A stretch of DNA of 63,649 bases, the filler included, from Octopus bimaculoides (Eukaryota), in assembly GCF_001194135.2 (NCBI RefSeq). It is 6 parts of 6 records of this genome, joined end to end, with 100 filler letters (N's around TTAATTAATTAA, not from the genome) between each part and the next. Parts side by side here need not be neighbours in the genome. Positions count along the whole stretch, not along the records: positions 31,913 to 59,114 come from NC_068984.1; 5 more parts are not named here. One strand, given 5' to 3'. The notes under the pieces are model-generated. The model made no database searches. It was not told the origin of the DNA and saw only the letters and a program-made list of their open reading frames with translations. Numbering within the stretch: position 1 is the stretch's first letter; every line of letters begins with the position of its first letter. Positions 40,197-53,334 of the stretch are shown one piece after another. Position numbers and translations under genes: made by a program.

Positions 40197-40975
40197 GTTA
40201 GTATTTATTATTTTATTGAAGAATTTTAAAAGTAATGATAGGTCTGACATATATATTTCAGACCTATGTTGATGCCGCTTGGGTCCATCACGTGTTTTTA
40301 ACTTGCGCACATGTGAAAGTGTTTAGTTGGGGAAAGTCGATGGAGTATTTATAATTTTCAGTTGATACAATTTCTCTAACATCACTAATCTGATTAACGC
40401 AGTTATTTTTAAGGTTGACGTAGAATTGATAATTTTTTTTTTGCATTTGTTTATTTTTTTTTTTTTTTTTTTTTTTTTTTTGCAATTCTTTGTCACCGAT
40501 TAATTTTAATCAGTTATTTTTGTTTTTATATAATTTTCAAAAGTCTTGAAGTAATTAAATAAATAAGAGTTACAACTAAATTCCTTTACATTGGGATCCA
40601 AATGTCTTTTGTGATATTATAACTTCCGGTTTCTCATTGTTTACCCCTAACCGACTCCACAACTTGACATTTCAATTTTTCAATATTTAGCCAAGTATTC
40701 GGCTTACACACAATGCAATTACATTCAAGGATATTAAGAATTATATATAATTCGTCTTTTGAACACTGGATCTCGAAGCACATCGCACAAAACTATAAAT
40801 AATAGCACGTAAATATTGTTGAAAAACCCTTTTGGATAGAAAAAGTTGGACAGTCTTCGACTTCTATTCAAAAGGTTTTTTTTCAACACAATATTTACAG
40901 CTTTATGTGATATGCTTCGAGATACAATGTTCCAAAAATTAATTTATGCAACCATAACTATATTATTTATATTAC

Positions 40976-41032
<57 letters not shown>

Positions 41033-42400
41033 TCTTTGTCATACATATTCAGCCAACCCTAACCCTAGCCAAACTTTATATTTAGGGAAATAAAAAGGTA
41101 AATGCCGATAAAAATGCTTAGCAAACTAGTCGTGTTTGTTTATATATAATCGACTACAAGTCATTGTTTTGCTGTGGTCTACACATATTTTCAAAGTATG
41201 GTGAAATTATTGAACTTTGTAACAATTTCATCGTAATCGATGAAACTTATATTAAACTTCATAAAATGTAAACTTTACAGTAGCTTCTAATATATTCCAT
41301 ATAACTAGTTAAAAAAAAACATCTTCCTTAATTATGCATAGTTTCAAGAGAACTAAGCTCGCTGATTCCTCTGTCTGTCGATTTTCCCCACCTAAAATAT
41401 GTCCAAAGTTGCGTGAGTGTTTGTAAATGCCGCCGTTCTGATAATTACGTAAACACTTGTAACCTCGTACGCAATCATGTATGTTTGTTATGTAATAATT
41501 TTACATGTCACACTCATTTGTCCTAGAGAACTTAGTTGAATTTTACATTGTCTGAATTTCCCGTCTTTCAGATTTACTAATCTCAATCATTTTATCAGTA
41601 ATTTCTATTGCCATTCTACAGGGATTTATAGAGTTGGAGCTTTTTGTATGTTTCATCAATTCCGGCATACTCCACAGATGTTCCTATTTTATATCGGTGT
41701 TGTTTGGGTTTATCCTCATCCTGTTTGCATTACCAGCCAACAAAGGAGCACTTAACATGGTAGAAATAACAACTAAATGTCTTCATTATTATTATTATTA
41801 TTACTCTTGTCTTAAAAAGAAGGCTGCATTGGATAACGCAGTTCTCGCTATGCAACGTCTTAAATTAAGATGAGATAGTCACTTAAAATAGGATGGGTCT
41901 GCTCATTCATGGTTGACCTGAGATAAACAATTCTCTTTCGCTTCCAGTTTCAGACTTCATCTACTGGAAACCACAACGCCTTGTAGGATATACATTACAG
42001 GTCTCTGGTAGATCTTAATATGGAAGGGAGGTGTCCTGTTAACTAGGAAATAGTCAACAATACCCCAAAGAACGTGTCTGTTTTAAATCACTGCTAATGC
42101 TATCTACTTGAAAATAGTTTCCAATTTAGGCATAAGGCCAACAGTTTTAGGTGGAATAGTCAGTACCATTGACTTCAGCATTTGACTGGTATTTTATCAA
42201 ACCTCAGTGGGATGATATAAAATTCACTAAGATATAACAATAAATCAATTGACAAAGAACCATATACAATACATAATTGAATGTCCAATATGGTATGTTC
42301 AAAATGTCGCTACTTATAAGATTAAGAGGCTCTTAGGGTTACCAACCTTATATTCTCGACTATAAAGCACTCTCTATCATTCACATAACTTGCTATATAT

Positions 42401-42519
42401 CATCATCATCGTTTAACGTCCATTTTCCATGCTGGTATGGGTTGGACGGTTTGAGGTCTGGAGAGCCAGCGGCTGCTCCTGGCTCCAATCTGATCTGGCA
42501 ATGATTCTACAGCTGGATG
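42401..42519 (-). mobile_element. RTE-type 3' tail fragment
   Basis: (CAT)n followed by the reverse complement of ccatgccagcatggaaaatggacgttaaac. Confidence 0.8.
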
Positions 42520-43599
42520 TATATATATATATTTGAAAAAGGAAAATAATGTTTTTACTGGTAGTTCTAATCAATTTAATTTTCTAATAAATATAATTTT
42601 ACAGTTTGGTTTGTAGATCTATTGAGTTCTTTGTTAACTTCGGTGGGGAGATTTTTTGAAGATTCCTTAATTTTTCTGGAGAACTTTCTTGCATTCGTTG
42701 GTGGCAGTCATACTGATCTTCAGGTTGTGTTGTGCTGTGTGATTCTCTCTGAGGTGGGGATGGGATTTGTTTATAAGTGTGGGAGAGAAGGAATGTTGAT
42801 GAACCAGAGCTGAAAGTAAATAGTAATTTTCTATGTTAAACTCATCTTTAACATAGAAAATTAAGATAGTTGATTCAGCCATAGGAGAATTTGAAAAACA
42901 TCTGACCATTATATTTTTCACCAAAGGTCAACTATTCAAATAGAACCAACAAGAGGACACTTTCACCAGCCCTTCATAAAACACTCCTTCAACACCCCAT
43001 CACCTCCCAACCTTCAATCAATTATCTTGTTTTTATCATTCACTATTTTCTGGTTCGACAACCACCATCAAGAAAATTCTCCAGAAAAGTTAAAAAGGAA
43101 TCTTTAAAAGTCTCCTCAGCAAAGTTAACAAAGAATTTATTAGATCTACAAACCAAACTGTAAAATTATATTATGAGAAAATTAAATTGATTAGAACTAC
43201 CAGTGAAGTCATTCTTTTCCTTTTTCAAATATACCTAACTGTACCAAGGATTTCACACATTTTCCAACATATCTAAAGTATGTTTGCTCCCAAACAACAC
43301 TATTTTAATGCTGTTGACACTGCCGAATGCCCAGATGTTGAAACCATAATGATATCCATGGGGCAGCTGATGATGGAGGTATGTTGGATTGTTGGTATGG
43401 ATTTCAGCATGAACACTTTTACTTCTGGGATACTTTTAGCAGAACAACAAGATCACCAGTACACCTAATTATTTCTAATTAGCTCTTTAATACTCCAGTA
43501 CTAAATATGCTAACACTAACTAAAATCTAAACCCAGCTGTCACTTTAGTTGTTTTAGTTCTGATGCTGCTGACATAGACACCTTCCAGCCTCTTCTTAT

Positions 43600-43765
43600 A
43601 CCCAGCGGAAAGCGAGCCGCACCAGCTGTCAGCTCGTACTCATTTTCAACTGAGTGGACTAAAGCAATGAGAAATGAAGTGCCTTGCTCAAGGACACAGT
43701 GTGCTGCCTTGGTCCAGGAATGTGCGACTTTACAATCATTAGCCTAACACCCTAAGCACTAGGCG
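43600..43765 (-). mobile_element. tRNA-headed SINE fragment with a gtccttgagcaaggcactt box
   Basis: Similar to 5760-5910. Confidence 0.6.
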
Positions 43766-43934
43766 ATGTGTTTTCACTATCACCACATTGGGATTTGATC
43801 TGAAAATATACTTTACTCACAACCTTTCTTGACCTGACCTGGCATAAAGCCATCTCCCTTAGTACTACTGCCCCACCTCTCAGATAAGGGGTCTTGTTTT
43901 GCAAGTTACTTGGTAACCTCACTAGTGCCTGTAC

Positions 43935-44110
43935 CATGTAAAAAGCACCCAGTACACTCTGTGAGGTGGTTGGCATTAGGAAGGGCATCTGGCAATAAAA
44001 ACTGCAAAAGCAGACATTGGTGCTTGGTGCAGTCCTCTGGCTCATTGGCTTCTGTCAAACCATCCGATCCATGCCAGCATAGAAAACAGACATTAAATGG
44101 TGATGATGAT
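43935..44110 (+). mobile_element. RTE-type 3' tail ending in (GAT)n
   Basis: aaaagcacccagtacactc..ggttggcattaggaagggcatc..catgccagcatagaaaacagacattaaatg(gat)n. Confidence 0.75.
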
Positions 44111-44596
44111 GGTGGCTGCATGCTTTTTCATCTTTAATCCTCTTTTAATCTGGTCTGTGTCATGCTGAAGCACCCCCATAACAATACAATACAAATGAAT
44201 GTTAAAACTGTGATAACTTCATATATACACTCTGAATAATTTATCTCATGGAGGACTTTCCAACTAAAATAAATTGTATTTCTGTTGAAATAAACAAAAA
44301 TCAGCTTAGTTTGATCAGACCTTTGACACAAAGGTTATTGATGGAATGTCTAAGAATGGGTATCACATTTTAGTCCTGGTCCCATTGTGAATATTGATAT
44401 AAAGTTATTGTTTAATGTCATGTTAACTCTGCTTGAGTCATGTGTGTCTTTTTTTTTTTTTTAAGACAGCCTATACTATCTTCACCACTGAACTTTCTGA
44501 TTAATTACCTTACTAGCAGACACACTTGCTATGCTCCTATTTCATGCTGATTTAGCTGTTAGATAAAGGCTTCGTTAGTAGCTCAGCCATACCACA

Positions 44597-44965
44597 GCAG
44601 GTGTGGTTGTGTGGTAAGAAGTTTGCTTCTCAGCTACATGGTTCCCACTGTGTGGTACCTTGGGCAAGTGTTTTCTGCTGTAGCCTCAGGCTGACCAAAG
44701 CCTTGTGAGAGGATTTGGTAAATGGAAACTGAAAAAAGTCCATTGTATAAATATCTATATGGGTTTGTCCCCCATCACCGCTTGGCAACCAGTGTTGGTG
44801 TGTTTACATCCCCATAACTTAGTGGTTTGGCAAAAGAGACTGACAGAATAAGTACCAGGTTTTAAAAAAATAATAGTACTGGGGTCAATTCATTTGACTA
44901 AAATCCTTCAAGACAGTGCCCCTGCATGGCCATGGTCTAATAACTGAAAGAAGTTAAAGATAAGA
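44597..44965 (+). mobile_element. Full-length SINE family A
   Basis: Collinear with 33189-33580. Confidence 0.85.
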
Positions 44966-45829
44966 GACCATTTTCCATATTAGGAAGCTAGAATTTTCGC
45001 ATTTTAATTTTCAGCAATATCTGTTACACATCAATAACAAGTAATTTTGTATTTGATACCATCTTACAGATTTCCTTTGTTCACTTGAATGCTTGCTCTG
45101 CTATAATACTTTCAACTATTCTGACTTCTCTGTATTTCTGTTGAAATTCCTTACCTTTATCTCAATTTTGAAAACCATGAAGAATTTAGTAAAATAACTT
45201 CATGGCTATTTAAGCTGGTGTTTGGAACGTAAATTAATGTGAAATTTTAATGGAAGGTTTGACTTTTTATTGCTTTAAAACAGGAAGTATCATAGAACCA
45301 AGTGTAGTCTCAAAAGGGTTAAGTTTCTTAGCTCGTATTATATAAATTTCAATTTTTTGAAATGACAATGACTATATTTCTGTTGACTTAATCCACCATT
45401 AACATTGATTTCTTTCCTCCTACCCTTCATTTATATGCTCATTTTTTCATGTTGGAGTGGGGAGTGTTCTGCATACAATAATCTCTCAATTATTGCAGGT
45501 GTTACATTCCCCACCCACCGCAATAGGTGAAAATCAGCAAAGTAGAAACAGTACTGTACTGTATATTTTTATTTATTTTTTAATTTTTATGATTTGTATA
45601 TTTTTATTTTATTATAAATGCAAAACACCACCACGGTGGAATCAATGTATGCTTAAATAATAAACTGCGATTTGGTGAGGGATTACTGTATTTTCATGTT
45701 TTCATAATTAATTAGAATGTCTAATAAAGTATGACCTGGAGAACGAAGGAAGATTTTGATATCCTCAAACCTAGACTGAATACTTGTAGTGGACCCAAGG
45801 CACCCAGGAGCTAAGTGGTGGTGTTTGTC

Positions 45830-46150
45830 TGTTAGGTTCATCTTAGTGTTGCACACTGATGGAGATATCGACAGACTTTGACATGTTCTTTCTGCTTAGT
45901 GGTCAGCAGACGGGACAAACTTGGAAGACGTGCCACATGTTCAGTTCAGGCTTTAGGATTGCCTGCACAGACCCATATGACATCAGCAATGTCATTGATT
46001 GTCCTCCAACAATCCTCATGCACAAGCTGATGGATTTTCTCCACATTTCTAGGGGTGATGCTCAAGGCAGGTCTTCCAAATCATTCATTGTCTTCCAGGG
46101 ATATTCTTTCACAGTGGCTCTTTGTTTCAACTTCCTGTCCATGACAAAAT
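45830..46150 (-). mobile_element. Mariner transposase remnant (irritans-like KFVPRLL motif)
   Basis: MDRKLKQRATVK / RISLEDNE*FGRPALSITPRNVEKIHQLVHEDCWRTINDIADV / SYGSVQAILKPELNM / KFVP-LLTTKQKEH, across frameshifts. Confidence 0.85.
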
Positions 46151-48439
46151 CACAAACTACAGCATACATGTGATCACAAATTTCACAACTTGCAAAGTAA
46201 ACACAATGATGTCACATGGCACATTGCCTCATGAAGGTTGTTGCTAGCTCTCACTGCGCATGCAACCATGTGCTGCCATCTGTTGGTGCACTAGAGAACT
46301 AGTCTAGGAATTTTTTCCTATCACCTCATAAACCAAAACCCATGTAGTGTAATGGGCAGAGATAACAACAGGATTTTTTGCTTAGTGTGTATAGTTTTTG
46401 TGACAGTATATTGAAAATGTTAGCCTCTAGTCAATTCGTCTGCAATATTTTGTCATAAGATGTCTATACTTCTCAACATTTAATGATGGGAATTTCTTAA
46501 GTTCCTTTTCTCGTCATTAAACAGCAACCACATTGGTTTACGTACTCATGAGTCTAAATCTAGTGCAGACATTTTGATGCATTTCAGGACAGAACACTAT
46601 TCTTTGTTAGCTCTTCTCACCTTAGGTACCAGATCATCTGGGAATAATCTCTTTTGACAGACATTGCATCATATCTGTAAGGAAATTTATTTCTCCTCTG
46701 CCTGTGTTTATGAGCCATGAGATAAACTCCTGCATCAAGGAGACTTATGATCTGAAAGTAGTTCATAGTTCATACTTGTAATTATTACTGGAAACATTCT
46801 TCTGTCTCCTTTGTATTTAGTATACACATATTTATAACCATTTTTCTCTTCACTTGTAACCTTAACTCTTTTCATACTAACCTGCCTAAGACCACTCCAG
46901 GTTTAACAAAGCAAACATCCTGTTTCAAAGTAATGTATTTACTGATGTGTAAGACTTGCTTTTATATTTTTAAATGTATCAAAATATTGCCCTATATTGT
47001 TTGTCACTGTATTACAGATGGGAGACTAAGTGTTGTAGGCTAGGCACAATAATTCTTACTAATAATAAAATGTTGAAAACAAACCAAAATATCAGTCTGT
47101 TAGCACAATTTTATGAAAACTTGTATATGGTACGTCACCAGTTATGCGGAGCGATCACATCATCTCGTTCCCAGCATACATAGCCCACACCTGCTTTGTG
47201 TCCTACATTATTTAATAATGCTGTTACTTTTAAGAAAGGTTTTTTTTTTTAAATTATCTAAATGAAATTTCTCTTAGAAAGATGAAAAGAATATTAAACT
47301 TTCGTCTTCGTATCAGCTATTTGCAACCTGTTGATTACAACAAAATAATAGCAATGGTGCACCACCTTGGTGGCCGACTGCAGTAACACGAAACCTCACA
47401 GCCAGAAATACAAGTTTCACATCCTGTATGATAATTCTCTTGACCAAAATGTAATACAATACAGTTGATCTGGAAGAAAATAAAGTTAAAATATAATATT
47501 TGTATAATGTAGTTTATTTATAAATTTATAGCTTCACATTCCTGTATACTGCATAGAATCGTACATTATCCCTTACGAAACAACTTTAAAATACTCAATA
47601 AGTATGACAAAACACACTAAATCTGTTTTTTCTCAAAATTTACTTATAAAATAGGGGTGTGTCTTATACAACAGCAAATATGGTGATCTAAATTGAAAAT
47701 TTCATTCAAATTTTGTGTTAATTTATACTCCAAATAGTAGCTTAACCATCAGCATTTAAATCAGCCATAGTCAGCTCAAATATCCTGTTTTATGTTCAAA
47801 CTGGCCATATCCAGCCTTTTACACCTACTCTACAATGTCACTCTAAAAATAAACTATCACATCATCAAAATCTTTAAGCTAAAATATAAGGCATGATTAA
47901 TTCAAAACAATGTGAATAATAAGCATTATATTTGATTGAGTAATTTGAATGTAAAGGGTTAATAATGACTCTGTCAGAGCAATATAGTATCAAAATGGTT
48001 AGTCTTTTTGTTTCCTTTTTTTTTTCCTGAGAATACATTGTCTATGTGTATGAAGTAACTTTTTGAATTATCGAAAATTCACAGTTTTTATCAACATAGT
48101 TGTGACTTTTTCATTTTGTAGAAGGAGGAACAAAAATACTATTTTAATTAGTTACATTCAGAGGGTGACAAAATTTAAGGATAAGAGAAAATCTTTACAA
48201 TTGTAAAATATAATTAACTCAGTTAATGCTAACTCGACTGAAACTGCCTTTGGTTCTATGATACAAATTCCCAAATAAAAAGCTTCCATCAAAATTTCAT
48301 ATCAGTTTATATTAAAAGCACTAGCTTAATAATGACAAATTATTTTAATAAATTCTTCATTTTCAAAGTTGATTGAAACTAAAGCAGTCTATATAATAAA
48401 CTAATTTTTTCAACAGAAATTTCAAATGGAAAACGGCAA

Positions 48440-48640
48440 GTTGGCCAAAACGTTAGCATGCCTGGCAAAATGCTTAGCGATATTTCATCTGTCTTTATGT
48501 TCTGAGTTCATATTCCGCCAAGGTCGACTTTGCCTTTCATCCTTTCGGGGTCGATAAAATAAGTACCAGTTGTATACTGGGGTCGGTCTAATCGACTGAC
48601 CTCCTCCCCCAAAATGTCAGGCCTTGTGCCTAGAGTAGAA
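48440..48640 (+). mobile_element. SINE family B
   Basis: Same motif string as 4880-5010. Confidence 0.75.
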
Positions 48641-49010
48641 AAGAAATTACAAATGGGTTAAAAAATATATTTCACTCCTGTCGAACTATCATCATCATAG
48701 AAAAGTATGAGGATGACAAATAGCAGCAGCAAAAAATGTAGCAACAGCCCTTGTTAAATAATATATATATTGGGAAAATACACAACTCTGTTTGAATAAA
48801 ATGTTTTACTTCTATTTCATAGTTTTTTGTTTATCCATTGGAACAGTGTCAAATTGTCAAAATACTTGTCCTGGTAACAATAAAAAATGTATAAATTTGA
48901 ACAAGCGTTCTATTGTTGAAATGTGTAAAGCAATGAAAGAAAAAAAGAAATTGGTAAGCAAGCCTAAAAGGTTATTTATTTTTACTAATAATGTCCTTTA
49001 TTTTGTATAG

Positions 49011-49087
49011 GATGGCTGAGTTAATTGAAAAAGAAACTGAAGCATACTTTAAAATGGATCCAGATCCTTTTGATGATCGCCATCCAG
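49011..49087 (+). CDS. DCAF1: DCAF1 exon 2 (MAELIEKETEAYFKMDPDPFDDRHP-G)
   Basis: Acceptor ttttgtatag, donor gtaggt. Near-identical to human MSQLIEKETEEYRKGDPDPFDDRHPG. Phase matches exon 1. Confidence 0.97.
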
Positions 49088-49469
49088 GTAGGTTTGTCTT
49101 TCAGAGTTATTTTCCAATCATGCAAACTTCATTCTGTGATAGAATAGGATTTATGTTGTTGAACTGCATAGTTTATTTAGTATGTTTATACAGTCTTAGC
49201 CCTTAAACAGTGGACATCGGTTGATGTTTCAAAGATTTTACATAGATATAGCCATCATCAATTGATACCTGAGCATCTAATTTGTCAAATGCACCTAGTG
49301 TGGGAGAATTCAAGTTGCAAGTGGAAGGCTTACACAAATATAAAGTTTTTTTTTCTGACTTTCCTTCATCATCAAATGGGGCTGATGATGATGATGCTCT
49401 AGGTAGCATAGGAGAAAGTGATGCTTCAAAGAGCTCTGGATGGAAAAAGTAGACTGATTTTCTTCATTT

Positions 49470-49708
49470 GTACCCATCAAGCCGAGCAAAATCACAGTCG
49501 TGGCAGATACCGGTATCGCACAAATGGCACGTAATGGCACCCATTACACTCTCGGAGTGCTTGGCATTAAGAAGGGCATCCAGCCATAGGAAACCATGCC
49601 AAATCAGACTGGAGCCGGGCACAGCCTTCCAGTGTGCCAGTCCAGTCAAACCGTCCTACCCATGCCAGCATGGACAACCGACATTAAATGATGATGATGA
49701 TGATGATG
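49470..49708 (+). mobile_element. RTE-type 3' tail ending in (GAT)n
   Basis: Collinear with 54640-54877. Confidence 0.8.
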
Positions 49709-50611
49709 TACATTCATATGATAACAATGTAGAAAACTCAAATGAATTTATGTTCACAAGGATGCAAAGGAAAGTGAATACTTTACAGCACTTTTCAATA
49801 ATGAGACTGTAAATTGTATTGTGAAAGAAGACTTTTGCTTCTTCTTCTTTCTTGAACATTGAAAATGGTCAAGATAAAACTTGGCATAGCAAAAGTTGGG
49901 TAAATATTTTGTTGTTTCTTGCCTGTTTGGCACACATTTGTGCAGCTCTTTCCTGCCATTTAAGAGTTAATGATGTTAATTAGGCATGTTGGTATTACAG
50001 TCTTTGCTTAGAACCATAAAGAATCTTACGCTCTGTAACACTTAACTAAAAAGGAACAAAAGAAACACGGCAATGATGACAATTGTTTCAAATTTTGGGA
50101 TAAAGCCGGCCATTTTAGGGGAGAGGGTTAGCTGATTGCATCAACCCCAGTATTTGATTAGTATTTATTTTATTGANNNNNNNNNNNNNNNNNNNNNNNN
50201 NNNNNNNNNNNNNNNNNNATGTTTGAACACAGAGTGTAAAAAGTCAGAAGGAATGTCACTGAGCATTTTGTTTGATGCACCAATGACTCTGCCAGTTCAC
50301 CATGAGAGTATTGTCTGCAGTGCTCAGACTCACTATGACTCTATGCAAAAGGGTAGAAGGGAGCACAGGAAGTATAGAAAGGCAGCAATGATAGCCAAAA
50401 GTGCATTCATGATACATGCATGTACCTCATGCTACATTGATAGAAGCTGTATTTTTAAACATGTAAAATGTAAAACTAAAAATCTGACACAGAAGTAGGT
50501 TCAGATGCATTTAAATAATCGTAATCATCTTCACTATGTGTGAGAAGAAATTATTCCATTACTTCTTATGTTAACTTTATTCTCTAGAAATAAATGTGAG
50601 AGAGGACCACA

Positions 50612-51003
50612 GCACACAGTATGGCTGTGTAGTATGAAATTTGCTTCCCCATCACGTCTCAGGTTCAATCGCATTTGGTGGTATCATGGGCAAGTGTCTT
50701 CTACTAAAGCCCCAGGCCAACTGAGGTCTTGTGAGTGGATGTGGTAAATGGTAACTGAGAATAGCCATCATATATGTTTGTGTGTTTTTGTGTTGCTCTT
50801 GTCTTGCTTTGGCATCGCTTGACAATTGTAAGCAAGTGTTATCATGCAAGTGGTGACTTTTGTTTCCAATCCTCTGAGACATGGCTGGTCATGGGGAAAT
50901 ATTTTCTTGTTTGGAAACAAGCGAGGGTCAGTGACAGAAAATCCACCTCAAATCCTGTCTGACTCATGTGAGCATGGGAAAATGAACATCAAATGATGAT
51001 GAT
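50612..51003 (+). mobile_element. SINE with a family A head but a different body and an RTE-type (GAT)n tail
   Basis: The head matches 33189-33345 (degenerate). The end gactcatgtgagcatgggaaaatgaacatcaaatgatgatgat matches the RTE tails. Confidence 0.65.
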
Positions 51004-51219
51004 ATTCTCTCAAGCTGAACAGTGTTCTCAAAGATTAACGTGGATATCTTAAGGTAAAGAAGAAAATATAGTAATATATTAAAGACTGCAATAACTACAT
51101 TGTTTCATACAAAAGATAATTGGTTATAACAAACTACATTCAAAAGAACTTCGTTAAATTTAACAAATCATCTTTTATATTTTATAAAATGTAAGGTAAT
51201 ATTTTTGTCTTCTCCTCAG

Positions 51220-51293
51220 GTATTGCCAATCCTAATTGTACATTAGGTCACTTAATGAAAGCCCTTTTTATTAATGAAGCTTTTATGAGTAAA
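51220..51293 (+). CDS. DCAF1: DCAF1 exon 3 (IANPNCTLGHLMKALFINEAFMSK)
   Basis: Acceptor tctcctcag, donor gtaagt. Matches human RADPECMLGHLLRILFKNDDFMNA. Phases are consistent. Confidence 0.93.
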
Positions 51294-51358
51294 GTAAGTA
51301 CTTTGACTTCATTTTGGTGTGTGTTGTATACTTAATTATATAAGTAATCATTTGTCTG

Positions 51359-51580
51359 TGGAGGTGCAATAGCCCAATGGTTAGGGCAGCGGACACGCGG
51401 TCGGAGGATCACGGTTTCGATTCCCAGACCGGGCGTTGTGTGTGTTTATTGTGCGAAAACACCTCAAGCTCTACGAGGCCCCAGCAGGGGGTGGTGGCGA
51501 CCCGTGTTGTACTCTTTCGCCCCAACTTTCTCTCACTCTTTCTTCCTGTTTCTTGAGTAAAGCTGCGATGGACTGGCTAG
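51359..51580 (+). mobile_element. tRNA-derived SINE family C
   Basis: ggaggtgcaatagcccaatggttagggcagcggac..ggtttcgattcccagaccgggcg; matches 60755. Confidence 0.85.
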
Positions 51581-51732
51581 GCTTTAAAAGGGCGCATAAA
51601 TAATGAAAATAAAAAAATAAAAATCATTTGTCTAGAAAAATTTTGGGAATAGGAATTAACACTGTTATAGCACAAGTCTAACAAAGAAAACCAAGTTTCA
51701 TGATAAGTTTTATTAGATAGAGTGTAAGTATC

Positions 51733-52593
51733 TTGAGAGAAAAGCTGAACATTAGAAGCATCAGTTGTGGCGTGCAAGAGAGACGATTGCGCTGGTATGG
51801 ACATGTGGTGAGAATGGAGGAGGATAGCTGCGTGAAAAAGTGCCACACCCTAACAGTTGAGGGAACCCGTGGAAGAGGTAGGCCCAGGAAGACCTGGGCT
51901 GAGGTGGTGAGGCAAGACCTTCGTACATTGGGCCTCACCGAGGCGATGACTACGGACCGAGACCTTTGGAAATGTGCTGTGCGTGAGAAGACCCGGCAAG
52001 CCAAGTAAGATCGTTGCCATTGCCCCTGNNNNNNNNNNNNNNNNNNNNNNNNNNNNNNNNNNNNNNNNNNNNNNNNNNNNNNNNNNNNNNNNNNNNNNNN
52101 NNNNNNNNNNNNNNNNNNNNNNNNNNNNNNNNNNNNNNNNNNNNNNNNNNNNNNNNNNNNNNNNNNNNNNNNNNNNNNNNNNNNNNNNNNNNNNNNNNNN
52201 NNNNNNNNNNNNNNNNNNNNNNNNNNNNNNNNNNNNNNNNNNNNNNNNNNNNNNNGGCACATGAGATGCACCATTTTGAGCGTGGCCGTTGCCAGTACCG
52301 CCTGACTGGCTCCTGTAGGATTTTCGAGCGAGATCGTTGCCAGTGCCCCTGGACTGGCTTGTGCGGGTGGCACATAAAAGACACCATTTCGAGCGTGGCC
52401 GTTTTCGTGCGGGTGACACGTAAAAGCACCCACTACACTCTCTGAGTGGTTGGTGTTAGGAAGGGCATCCAGCTGTAGAAACTCTGCCAAATCAGACTGG
52501 AGCCTGGTGTTGCCATCCGGTTTCACCAGTCCTCAGTCAAATCGTCCAACCCATGCTGGCATGGAAAGCGGACGTTAAACGATGATGATGATG
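51733..52593 (+). mobile_element. 5'-truncated RTE-clade LINE (ORF C-terminus, 3'UTR and (GAT)n)
   Basis: ORF 51733-52008: ERRLRWYGHVVRMEEDSCVKKC..VEGTRGRGRPRKTW, a typical RTE C-terminus. Confidence 0.92.
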
Positions 52594-53070
52594 AAAGGGT
52601 TTTCTCCGCTATACATGCACGTTATTTGTATTTTGTTTTTTCGATGCTTTCATATATCATAAATGCAAATCCTTATATTATAATAGTAATAATCATAATG
52701 TACATACTGTATTCAGTGCTCATCTGTGGGGACAGAAAGTAGACATAAGCCAAATAAAGAACAGCAGCACCGAAGGCCAGAAGTAGGGACATAGCAAAGA
52801 GAATGAAACAAAAAGATAGAAAAGTGGACATTAGCGAATCCAAAATGAAACAGTATATAGGCACATCATTGGTAAATTCTAGAAAGATGGAAATTTCAAA
52901 TTACTCTGTTGTTATTATTCTTGTAATATTGTCGAAATATTGTGCTAAGCATTAATTATTCTTGTAGATGGAATTCATTTATAAACTGACTTTATTAGTT
53001 GAGGGTGTTATTTCTTAAAGAAATTAAATTCAGTCATTATATTGTATTTATGGTTTTATTTTTTTTTCAG

Positions 53071-53187
53071 ATTGGCACCTACATAATGGAGGGTGGCTGG
53101 GAAAAGAAAGAAATTCACATCGCAGCCTGTCGTCTGTTGCTAGATATCATCAATGGCTTAGAGACTTCTGATGTATTCCAAGGAACG
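53071..53187 (+). CDS. DCAF1: DCAF1 exon 4 (IGTYIMEGGWEKKEIHIAACRLLLDIINGLETSDVFQGT)
   Basis: Acceptor tttttttcag, donor gtaaaa. AACRLLLDI..GLET..VFQ matches human. 117 nt, phase 0-0. Confidence 0.96.
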
Positions 53188-53334
53188 GTAAAATAATTTT
53201 TCAATATTAATGTTGCTTAGTCAAATTAGCCCACCATTTACTCCACAAATGTTTTGTTGTCAATGCTGCACTTTCCCATATCACCTGTTTCAACATAACT
53301 CTAATATATTATATATAAACTATGCCATTTTAAT

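Noticed and set aside
47620-47690. pogo/Tigger-like terminal repeat (ggggtgtgtcttatac..aaatatggt)
   Set aside because: Only one degenerate end was seen, with no partner TIR or transposase.
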